Below are positions 30,421-41,800 of a DNA stretch of 64,000 nt, piece by piece (the stretch's first letter is position 1; the number at the start of each line of letters is the position of its first letter). Under the pieces are notes generated by a model, which saw only the letters and a program-made list of their open reading frames with translations, was not told the DNA's origin and ran no database searches. This DNA comes from Schmidtea polychroa (taxonomy: Eukaryota). The position numbers and the translations under genes were made by a program. The stretch lies in NCBI GenBank assembly GCA_044892525.1, contig CM097887.1, positions 107,362,397-107,426,396 on the forward strand, read 5' to 3'.

Positions 30421-30864
30421 TACGACTGGCTGGCACTATTCAACAGCTCAATCTTCTTCCTTCTGATCGGTTGGACTATTCAACAACTCGATCTTACGAC
30501 TGGCTGGCACTATTCAACAGCTCAATCTTCCTCCTTCCTGATCGGTTGGACTTTTCACAACTCGACCTTACGACTGGCTGGCACTATTCAACAGCTCAAT
30601 CTTCCTCCTTCCTGATCGGTTGGACTTTTCACAACCCGACCTTACGACTGGCTGGCACTATTCAACAGCTCAATCTTCCTCCTTCTTGATCGGTTGGACT
30701 TTTCACAACTCGACCTTACGACTGGCTGGCACTATTCAACAGCTCAATCTTCCTCCTTCCTGATCGGTTGGACTTTTCACAACTCGACCTTACGACTGGC
30801 TGGCACTATTCAACAGCTCAGTCTTCCTCCTTGACCGGCTGGATTATTCGACAGCTCGGCTTCA
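30421..30864. repeat. 74-bp tandem repeat, five full units plus one degenerate, in the leader between the RING ORF and gag
   Basis: tacgactggctggcactattcaacagctc starts at 30421, 30495, 30569, 30643, 30717 and 30791. Confidence 0.95.
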
Positions 30865-31436
30865 ATATTCCTCGCTCTGCATGCTTCTATTTCTCTTTTC
30901 TTCTTTTACTCTAGTTTACCATTTTCTCTGTCTACTTTTAATTTGTCGACTTAATCTTACCGCTTGGGAGTGTTTCCCCTTTCCCCCCTTGCTCAAAACG
31001 CACGACGATCGCGATGATCCATTTCTACATTGGCATGGTGATCAGTCATGTCGCAAAAACTTCTCATCATATGCGATGGTACCCCGCCCTACGCTTCTTA
31101 CTTGGGTTGATCAGTTATCCCCTCCCAACGGGTTCTTGCAATAAGACGTACCGCCCGAAGGTGGCTCGGTTTGTACCCCTGCAGTCTATATTGGGACTAA
31201 TTCCACGTTATTCAACCCTCTCTTCATTTGATTCCGAAAAAAAAAATAAAACAAAACAAACACGCAAATATTCATTCGTCATGCAAATTTTATTAGTCCT
31301 ATTCATCAAAACTTTTTAAAGACGAATTTATTTATCATAAACATAAAGATTGAATCATTAACAGTACGTGTTACTTCAACAATTTCATGCATTCTTGTTC
31401 AAACATCGTATACTTGCTGTTACATCGCCGGCCGTT

Positions 31437-31922
31437 TCATTCGCCATAATAGACCATATGGGTCTCTTTTATTTCATATTTGCACATCGTGCATCTTTTT
31501 AGGTCTTTTACACACTCTTCACAGTGACTGAGGTGTCCACACGGCAAGAATAATACGCGAATAGGACGGAGTTTGCAGGCTATACAAGTTCGTAATTGGT
31601 TAACTTTTTCCTGTATTTTTTGTTCGATTGCATCTGGTATTGTATTTAGTGAGTCTTTTAGACGCTGGTAATCTAGATTTAATGTTGGGTGGTTCAATCT
31701 CTCTTGATACCACTGATATACGGTTTCGGGGTTTATTTTTCCATCTGGGCGACTTAGGCCTGTGGCTAATATCATATGATTAGGTACGACTGGTGTTTGT
31801 CCGATTGCTTGCAGTAATATCGCGTTGATTTTTTCTCTTTTATGCGTCAGTGTTGTTAGGGAGTCGTTTTCTATATCGATAAACTTGAGCAGTTGTTGCA
31901 TTTGGTTCGCGAATTCTGTCAT
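31437..31922 (-). CDS. 161-aa protein with C-terminal IAP-type C3HC4 RING finger, no BIR
   Basis: CIACKLRPIRVLFLPCGHLSHCEECVKDLKRCTMCKYEIKETHMVY (RING at 31482-31586) matches the IAP/MYLIP RING pattern; strong acceptor-like ttacttttccaacAG lies 2 nt before the ATG. Confidence 0.88.
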   Translation of the reverse strand: MTEFANQMQQLLKFIDIENDSLTTLTHKREKINAILLQAIGQTPVVPNHMILATGLSRPDGKINPETVYQWYQERLNHPTLNLDYQRLKDSLNTIPDAIEQKIQEKVNQLRTCIACKLRPIRVLFLPCGHLSHCEECVKDLKRCTMCKYEIKETHMVYYGE

Positions 31923-32239
31923 AGCTGTTGGAAAAGTAATGTTTTAATAATATGTAGTAAATTAATAGTTAATTCGTTAATTGGTTTCTTTAACCATTGC
32001 TAATTATTTAATTTGACTACTTTATCTCCTTTATTTATATATATCCTTAATTTTCCTATTATCTACATTTTGATTTTCTCTACTTAGTTCCTAATATAAT
32101 TTAATAATCAATAGTCAATTTGCATTCGTCAAGCAATGGTCGGTTGAAAACAGAAAATCGATGTGATAAATCCCTTTAATTTTGTATGAAAATCCCGGTG
32201 AATTTCGCATTCGTTAATAGAAATTTCGATCGATTGTAG

Positions 32240-32257
32240 ATCCCGGCTGAGCCCCCA
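32240..32257 (-). other. Primer-binding site, tRNA-Pro-like
   Basis: Minus strand TGGGGGCTCAGCCGGGAT, 7 nt inside the 5' LTR end; 16/18 identical to the MLV tRNA-Pro PBS TGGGGGCTCGTCCGGGAT. Confidence 0.85.
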
Positions 32258-32264
32258 AAAATCA

Positions 32265-35200
32265 TGTTGGGGTTACACCTCGGCTGACTACTCTACTATG
32301 TTGACAGGTCTAAGGGTTGATTGTCCATCTCGAATAAAAGGTGCCACCGATTTGTCAACCTGGAGTGAAACCCCACATAACTTTCTTCCAACATAGTGCC
32401 CGTGAATCACTTCACGTTGGTACTGCACTATGCAGGCGAGACGCCAGCAAGCAGGTGAGCTTCTGCCTTAAAACTACTCCTTGCTGAGGCCTCGACTTCC
32501 CATTCACGACTGCCGATAGAAGGGCTTACGTCCATTTCCTTACACAACCGCTTATCGGGATTCGCTGAATGCAAATTGGGAATTTCTCACTAGATCTTGC
32601 GGGTTCTCTACTCGACCCACTTAATTAAAGTCTAATTATTCATGAACGAAGACGTGTAAGACAACAAGATTTATTAATTTCAAGGTTATGACACAAGGAT
32701 TCAGCTGTACACTTTACTAACGTTTATCGAAAGAAGAGAAAACATCGTAATCAACATAGATCGGATCCTTGTTCCTCATCCTGACCGCCACTGGGGTTTT
32801 ATTGTTTCTCCCATTCAGCGTCGGCGAATAATTCGTCGAGGTTAAAAAACTCGGAAGCGTTCTCTTCCCACGTTACGCCAGCGGCTGATATGATTCGCGC
32901 TGAGGGTCCCGTTGTTAGGTCGATGGACACGTGAGAGTTGCCACCGTTGGTTGAGTCCTCTATTGATGGGATGTTTGGCTTGGTAGTGGCGCGTTCGCGC
33001 TGTCTCTTCTTGCGCTCCGCACGAGAGAGTTGTTTGCGCTTGGGTTTGCTTGAAGATGCCACTTGCAGAAGGGTGACTGAGACAGATGGACTAGCAGTGG
33101 GGGGCTTACTGGTACCCGTGATGACAACATCTGGTCGCTTGGGGGACAATTCGTTTTCGACGCAGTCTCGGCACGGTCTCTTGAACGGTGGAGATGGATT
33201 CGAGGAAAGGTTGTGATGAGGCGGAAAGATGTCACCGGCCTCTCGGATGGGAATCTGCACTATTTTTCGGGTTGTGGCCGCCTGCACGTAAACCTTATGC
33301 AGTGCCTCGGATTGTTCTCTGATTAGACTTCTTTGGGCACGGCTCTCAGATATTAGCGCGTCCCGACAATGCTCGCTACGATCGAGCTTCTTTTGGATCT
33401 CCTTCATCCGAGCGGGACTAAACCATGTCCCTTCCAGCTCGTCGATTTTTCGTTTATATCGACCGATCTGGGCTTGAAGATCTTTAATCACTGCATTTTT
33501 ATCTGAGCAGGAGAAGCAGGGACGTAGAGCTGATTTGTTGTTTGATAACATAATGGATGGCTAAAGAAGAAAACTATGGTGACTATATCTAAAAATTTCG
33601 GATCAGATATACGGTTTATTCGCTATTGGATACTTAGTGCTGGAAGAAAACAAGACGAGTCGATGAAACAGGATCCCTCCCTTCACCCTTGATTACTAAT
33701 ATTTTACGTATCCTTTACAAAAATTATTCCTCAACGCCCTGATTGCTTCCCTGACGAATGCAAATTATTTGTAAAAATTTTTATTTTCGTCTATCGCGTT
33801 CAAGTTGGATTTCTATCTATCGCACATAAAGGCAATTTACGGATTTATTCCTGCCGGAGCGAATAACCCTATTTCATTACAAATACACTATACTACACTT
33901 CGTTTAAATTTCGCTGATTATTTGTTATTATTCTAATGCAAAATAAGGTTTTTGGACCAAATGCAACTAGTAAAAACTTGCACCCTGACCTCAAGTAGCG
34001 GAATAAGTAACAACTCGTAATTTCGTATAAACTATACGTCACTATTTTATGATTACCCCTTATCCATACCATACGGTGATATCGTCGTAGAAATATAGCA
34101 TCGTAAAAATATTGTAATTACATAATAATTTGTTAACGGATTTAGTTTTCTATTACAATACGTCATTTACAGGGAATATGAGAAATTTAACTACAATGTT
34201 ACTAGCTATTTTATAACCCAAAAATTCCTGTAGATACTTTAGTTAATTTAAATTTGGCTCGAAGGCTACTACTATTATTTGTAACATCTAATTAGAATTA
34301 CGATAAACCTCTACAACACTTAGGTAAAACTTCCTATGGTTTAGTTATAAAGTTTGGTTTGAATTTTCGATTATTAATTAAAATACCCTTTCAACAATTT
34401 CGATTTTTATTTAGCATATTTAATTTAAGCAAAATTATCTTTAATGAGTGCACTTTAGAGAGTCCCTTATCTTAGTAGTCGGTTACTGGTTATTTGGCTT
34501 ATCTTTTTAGTGGTACGAATGGCCTTTATCAGTAGTGAAATTTAAGAGTCAGTCATCTGGAAGTCACATCTCATGTCAGCATTATCTAATAGGACCACTG
34601 ATTACTACTCACTCACTAAGAATCCTAGAGAGGGTGACACATGGTGGCATTCCCTGCGGTGAGAGGCATTCGGAATGATTCTGCTGTTTCTCATGCATAT
34701 TTCTGACCGGATGACGCTACTCATAGTTATGTTAGCAGTATGTCTGTATGTATGGGTGCCTATTCGATGGAAATTTTATCTGTAACTATCAACCGTACTG
34801 AGCGAACTGCAAATGTTACATCGCGTGTCGATTCCCATCTGAGCTTATGATGTTGGATTTATTTACTACGACTCGTAATTTCCTCAATATTGGATGCTTT
34901 TGAACGATGGAAGATCTCTACGAACCAGCCAACTAGACTCTATGAAGCATATTTCAGTAGTGGATATTTCGACGCGACAGCATGAAAATTATTCAATGGG
35001 TATTACCAGATTTTGTTAATATATGTGATTGAATACAGTGTTATTGTGGTTTTATGTTTTACTTTTCCTTTATTGTAAATTCCTCATCATATGCTAAGAT
35101 TTGGATGTCGCATCTGAAAGAGATGACCTAAATTAGATTTACTTTTTCAAAAATCTACCGAATGCAATTTCAACTTCTCGATATGTTAGAAAAACCAGCG

Positions 35201-36424
35201 ATGGATGTTTAATGGTATTTTCCCCCACATGGTAAGTTCGGATTTATAGACAGAAGGGGCATGAATGTCTTATAAGACGACTCTGGACAATACAGAGTTA
35301 ATAGGAGAACTCCCTCAGTCGCTGTGAAGCACATATCCTATTTTCGAAAATTTCATAAGGTTTCCTTTCGGTCTATATTTCGGTACTCTGACAGATTTTA
35401 AGTCCTTCAGCAATTGGACCCGTGAAGAAGCCTTCACATTTCGGCCCAATCTAGCTGCGTGATTGAAATACTCCATGTCCACCGGCTGAGCTCCCGAAGG
35501 CACCTCGCACCATGACATGGAGTATCTCAACGCCACGTTTCTCGTTAATATTAGAAATCATAAAACTATCACTTCAAAATAAATATCCATAAAAATTATG
35601 TAAGGGTTCACCTGTTACCAATAAATACTTTTAAACATTTAAATTATTTACTTTATCAAAATCGTTATTCAGGATCAAATGAAAAGAGAGTCCGGTTAAA
35701 TTTAAAAGTTTAATTGCTCATTAAATATACATATTTACTATTAACCTCGAAAAACAATATCATAAATAAAAATCCCTTACTATGGAATTAGGCTGAATCG
35801 GAAAATTAACGTTAGTCGTTCCAAATTAGTCTGATGATGGTTCGTCGAATGTCGATTGCTGTGACTGATTTCGAATTGCTGTGAAGTTTTTCGAATTAAC
35901 TGTTGCTCTACTTGTATTGCTGATCCTGGAAATAAGTCTCCGTGAGTTGTAGATGTCTATGAAATGCTCGGGGTTAACAGTAAAAACAGTAAACATTTTT
36001 CTTACCTATGAAATGCTCGGGGTTAACAGTAAATTTAATGTTTTTGGTAGTTGTATATATATCAAATTCTTATTTGTGCGGACCAATCAGAGTTGAGTAC
36101 CGCTTATTTCTATTAATTTAATATAATTTTCTTGTTTTTAGGTTGTTTTTTCCTTATTTTCTTTATTTTTAATATGTTTTTCTATTTATTTCCTTAATTT
36201 CCTTATTATTTCTTGAATTCCTCTTTATTTATTTGTCAACTTGTTCTATTTTAATCTTTTCTTAATTTTATTTTTTGTTTTAATTCTTATGTCTTACTTA
36301 TTATTTTCCTTATATCTTATTCTATTTTATTTCTGATTTTATTTATTTTATTATTATTTTTCTTAATGTTCTACTTCCCTACTTTCCTATTTTTCAACGA
36401 TTAAATTTTCGACTCAGCCCAACA
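32265..36424 (-). repeat. 5' LTR (4,160 bp)
   Basis: Direct repeat of 6051-10210, adjacent to the PBS. Confidence 0.97.
32799..33551 (-). CDS. LTR-encoded 250-aa protein; 5' LTR copy
   Basis: Translation identical to 6585-7337. Confidence 0.7.
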   Translation of the reverse strand: MLSNNKSALRPCFSCSDKNAVIKDLQAQIGRYKRKIDELEGTWFSPARMKEIQKKLDRSEHCRDALISESRAQRSLIREQSEALHKVYVQAATTRKIVQIPIREAGDIFPPHHNLSSNPSPPFKRPCRDCVENELSPKRPDVVITGTSKPPTASPSVSVTLLQVASSSKPKRKQLSRAERKKRQRERATTKPNIPSIEDSTNGGNSHVSIDLTTGPSARIISAAGVTWEENASEFFNLDELFADAEWEKQ

Positions 36425-36426
36425 CT

Positions 36427-37866
36427 ATGATTGCTGAAAAATTCAAGATAGATCGATCGACGGTAAGCAAAACATACAAATCAAAATCGCGTCTACTCCA
36501 AACTATTGGATCTTCTCCTTCAAGTAGGAAAAGGCAGAGACATAGTGCTGCGGAACAAGTGGACCATGCACTTTATAGCTGGTTTGTCTCTGCACTTTCG
36601 ACGAATATTCCAATCAGCGGCGAAGTATTACGAATAAAGGCTGAAAAATTTGCATTGGAATTTTCAATCGATGACTTTAAAGCTACTGATGGCTTTATCG
36701 ACCGATGGAAGAAGAGATATGGAATAATATATAAAAAGTCACATGGAGAAAAACTTGATGCAAATGAAGTGAATGCGACGCAGTGGATAAGCACCGTACT
36801 TCCGGGTGTTCTAAACCGATATAGTTTATCGGATATATTTAATGCGGATGAAACTGGCCTGTACTACCGAGCCCTACCAAGAGGATCACATACATTTAAA
36901 AGTTCTCAATTAGAAGGAGGGAAAATATCAAAGGAGCGATTAACTATATTGGTCTGCGCGAGTATAATGGGAAAGAAATCACCGCTTGTTATGATTGGGA
37001 AATCTAAAAATCCTCGGTGTTTTAAGGGCGTTAAAGAATTGCCAATAGTATACCATAACAATCGTAATGCTTAGATGACTGCAGTTATATTTGAAAAATG
37101 GTTCGTAAAATGGAATAGGGATTTGATGTCGAAGAATAGGCGGATCGCGTTAATACTCGATAATTGCGGGGTGCACCCGAACATTAATCTGGAAAATATA
37201 GAGTTGATTTTTCTCCCTCCCAATGTGACTCCAATGATACAACCACTTGATCAAGGCGTTATTCGAAATCTTAAACAATTTTATCGTCGAATGGTTGTTA
37301 TTAAGCTTCTTACTATGATTGAATCCACGGAAAACGAACTATCCGCCGTTGAATTATCTAGGAAACTAGATCTTTTGTCATCCATACGATTAATCAAAGA
37401 AGCTTGGGAATTAGTCACTCCAAATACCATTATAAATTGCTTCAGTAAAGCAAGATTTGGCACAGAATTGGATAGTAATTTACAAGAAACAGAAATAAAT
37501 GTTAATCTGGACAATGGTGATGATTTTGATTTTGATGAATTTGTACGGGTTGATCAAGAAATCCAGTGCATTGAACCGATCAATGAAAACGAAATAACAT
37601 CAAATATTATCGAAAATATAAGGTATAATGATATCAATGATGCTTCTGATGAAAATAATAATGTGGAAGTCTCAAGTACCCATGAAAATATTACCTCCAA
37701 ACAAGCGCTCGATTCTTTGAATGTACTGCAAAACTTCCTCGTTGTGAACAATGAAATTGATTTTTCCGTTTTTAACAGTATGGAACGACAAGTACAGTTA
37801 ATAATTTTGCGAAATAGGAAAAAATTGAAACAGCGTACCCTGGATGAATGGTTTGATAATAAATAA
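36427..37866 (+). pseudogene. Remainder of the Tigger/pogo transposase (CENP-B HTH + DDE_1) with one in-frame TAG
   Basis: IFNADETGLYY, ILDNCGVH, PPNVTPMIQPLDQGVIRNLK. TAG at 37072-37074 replaces the Trp of the conserved NAWMT motif; frame continues unchanged. Confidence 0.92.
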
Positions 37867-38825
37867 TCGTATTCGTATTTTTTTTCGTATTTTCGTATTT
37901 TTTTCGCTTAATAGCACATTCGGTTTATATCACATTTATATATCGGCCGGACCCCGTGATATTAAGCGGATTCGATTGTATTAATAAAAGTTGTCCTATT
38001 TCAATATTATTTATTTCAATAAACATATATAATCAAAACATAATTTTAATTTGTGATTTTAAAATACATTTTAAACATAAAGTTACTAACATAGTTTATT
38101 TGTGATTATCAATAAAGATTTCTGTTGTCAAGTGTTATTTGTGGATCGGTCAAAGACACGCTTGGAATCAGAGTAACATTTAAATTTATCATCAACTTAA
38201 TAACCTAACAATCGGAACTCTCCATCAATTTTAATTTAAATAAAACTTATTGATTAAAACTTGCTAGAATTCAGTTCAATACAAGTTTTATCGTTTTGTC
38301 TCAAAGACTTAAATTGAATAATTTTTGTGCTGTTTTTGGTATGAAAGAAGGATTATTATAGTCTTGGTTGTGTGTGCGTATTTGGCCAATCACAGTTGGT
38401 CAGACCCTGCATTTGGGGTTCTAGAAAATCAATAATTTCTTTTTTTTCGTGTTTATTTGATGTTTCCTTTCTGAATTTAAATCGACTTCTTGTGGAGCTT
38501 CTTTATGTACCCTAGAGCTCAACCAACTTTCCTAATTTTTTAGGGTTCTAGACCTACACCCAATTAAAAACAATATCAAAATAAATTTTAATTTACAAAA
38601 TGATTATCGACTTCTCATTATTTAATTAAAATACTTTTATGAATTATTATTGGATTTGTAAGGGAAATAACTTTACGAAATAAATTATATCTGCGTTTTA
38701 ATATTCCATAGTAACTGATATAATTTAAAATATTTAAAAATTAAATTTCACTACGTTTATTAAATAATCGAAATAACATTTTCCTGATTTATTTTAATCT
38801 ATTTGTACCAATAAAATAAATTAGC

Positions 38826-41800
38826 ATGGATGGAAGCAATTCTGATGAGCGTAAATTCCGAAAAGAAAAACTATTAGGATATTACAAAACAAATAATTCA
38901 AATTCTTCAACTGTTCCGTCGATTTATGATCTAGATGGTTCTGAATTTGACTATAATGCGTATATTAAAAAAATTATCAAAGAAGAAAGTTTGTCGACAT
39001 TAATGGATAAAGAGAAAGAGATGTTAAATCAGATACGAAGCCTTGACTCAGAAATGCAAACCTTAGTTTATGATAATTATAATAAGTTTATTTACGCTAC
39101 AGACACAATTAAAAATGTAAAATGGCTTATTAAATGAAAACTATAAAAATTACTTTTATTTAATTCAGATGAAAAATGATTTTAAATATGTTGAAGCTGA
39201 AATGAGTTTACTTGGTAAGCAAATGAACGAAGTCAGTACAATTGCTAAAGAATTGAAATCTGAACTTAATCCAAGAAGAGAGGAATTGAATAAATTATCT
39301 GGTACTCATCAATTACTTAAAAGGGTGGGTTTTATCTAGTTAACATTTGTATCAATAATCAAACAATAAAATTTCATAAGGTACTTGAAAACAATATATC
39401 GATAATACATACATGTAAAATTTATAATTAATGCATGTTATTCAAAATTAATAAATGGAATTTGAAAGCTAAAAATTTTTAATGAATGATTCACAGAAAT
39501 TTCTCCAAATTTAACTTAGAAAAATGCCCATTCTTGATATTATAGATAATTGAATGGGTGACAACCCTACCACACTACACCAACTTCATCAACCATTTCA
39601 CTAATAACCAAAACTATAAATTGCAGTAAATACAATCAGTATCTCATTCCAACGCTTCCAACCCCACTCAAAGTAAAAAATATACCATATCACATGGATC
39701 TAGAGATTAAGTTCTTTATAAAAATAATCACTGTACCTGGCTGCGCACTGAGTGCAATTTTCATGTCTATGATACGAATTATTATCAACGGACTATAAAT
39801 TGTATATTGTGAATCGCTTTTATCAATTTCACCTGAGGTGCATAATTAGATCGCGCCGACACAACTTGTCACCATTTTTCAATAAAAACGGTTTAATTAA
39901 AGTTTTGAGAGACTATTATTATCCTTAAAGCTGCCCATTTTACTAAATCATTAAATTAAATTGAAACATGTACTGTAATAATTATTAACCTCTTAAGTGG
40001 CTATGACGAATATATACGTCATCAATATATTGACCTAAATTGACATAAATTGACAAAATATATCATAAATATTACTTTTGTTAACATATTATCTTAATAA
40101 ATATCATCCAATAAGATATTATTATATTTTTTGTAACACTATGCCCAAGACGTATATATACACTAGCGGATAGCAAAACTCGCTGCCGAGGAGCGCATTT
40201 CGTTTGACGAAATAAACCACATAAGAGGTTAATGATGTAATTATTATTTTCGATAATAAAAATAATCCTTATCAATTGATAAAAATAATTTCATTTTATA
40301 CAATATATACTTTGTAGCAAAAGGCTTATATTATCATTTACTTGGTTAACATTTAATTAATACTGCTGCCATGAAATAATCACATTATATTTTGTAATTA
40401 TTATTATTGAGCAATTCGTAGTACACCCAACTCTTTTTTACAAGGTAGATAGGTTCCAAAGAAATCCGTGTAAAAAAGACATGAAGACATAGTAAAATTG
40501 AGGATGTGTTCCGCAGTTTTAAAAAACCGTGTAAGATGAAACAAAAACTTTAGTATGAAAATCGTGAAAAAAAACTTATGAAAACGCACATATAATTATT
40601 CTACACCATATTCGTATATATCTCATTCTCATTTTTATTAAAAAAAGTTAAAAAATAAATTTTAGTCCTAAGTACTTATAAAAAATTTGAATTACAAATC
40701 AAAAGCTTGTTTAATACTTGATAATAACCGGGCACGTGCAATATTGTTTTCATCGCTAGAGTCTAACACATCTAACGAACTTGAATCCATTGAAGGCACT
40801 CGTTCGTTTAAAACGTCCTCTGATGTCGGCTTTCTTTTTGTTAGGAAATCCTTTATAAGAGGTTTGATTTTTGGTTTCTCAAGTTATTTGTAGAGTTCTT
40901 GGTACCCAGCCGTACAAATCTGCAGCTTACGCTAAAACTTTAATGTACATTACACGTCGGTATCATGAGTGAGTAAATGATGTGCCGTAATTGCAAAAAA
41001 ATTAAAACCCTCGCGAATTAAACTACCTGTTAGTTGATGAATTCCACCTTCATCATCACCATCATCGTTTTCATTACTAACATCAACTGTTACAACTTCA
41101 AGCAGGTCCTCCTCATCTAAAGGTTTCTCAATCATTAGTTCAACGATGTCTGCAGTATCCATGTTGTCAAACCCTTCACAACCAATGGCGTGTGATAAAA
41201 TTATTATTTCCGAATACACAATTGATGTGTCTGTTACAGAATTTCCACTTTCGACGCATTTTGGCCAAAGCGTTCTCCAGCAAGCATTTAGGGTAGATTT
41301 CCTAAGTTGTTTTACGGCATAAGAAGCATGTGTAATATAATGCATAATCGTGCAATTTTACCATGCATCCATGAACGTTTCTTTTCTCTATTGAATCTAA
41401 AATATTTTTAAACGTTTGTTTTATATAATACATTTTGGAGGTTGCTATAATTTCTGTAATTACGATTCTGTAATTCTATGAAAACATTTTCGAGCTGATT
41501 TTCAGACATGCCAGCAATCACACCTTATCTTACAAGTCCTCTAAAGATCGCAGTTTGGCTGAATATGTATTAGGTGTGTGCATATCTCACACAAAAAGAA
41601 ATTTAATAAAGTCAAACCTGGTTAACTTGCAGAGCAAAGTAACAAAGAACGCCATGTTGTTGAAATACTTTTTACAGTTTCTTTCTATCGCATATACTTA
41701 TAAAGTAACAACTATTTTAATCGTGGGTGGACTTTATGAACACCCAATATAACATTTTTTATAATAACAGTCAATAAATAATGGCATTGAGTTAAATANN

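Larger units (their letters stand above)
6051..36424 (-). mobile_element. Giant (30,374 bp) envelope-bearing Ty3/gypsy (Metaviridae-like) LTR retroelement, apparently intact
   Basis: 4,160-bp direct terminal repeats with TGTTGGG...CCCAACA ends; CTAT TSD at 6047-6050 and 36425-36428; PBS; PR-RT-RH-IN order in an uninterrupted 13.85-kb ORF. Confidence 0.97.
5670..37978 (+). mobile_element. Tigger/pogo DNA transposon (about 1.93 kb once the nested LTR element is removed)
   Basis: TA duplication at 5668-5669 and 37979-37980. Imperfect 23-bp TIRs at 5670-5692 (cagtacaatccgcttaatagcac) and 37956-37978 (19/23 match). Transposase is split by the LTR insertion. Confidence 0.9.

Noticed and set aside
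30421-30864. CRISPR-like appearance of the regular repeat
   Set aside because: No unique spacers (units are near-identical throughout), eukaryotic context, no cas genes.
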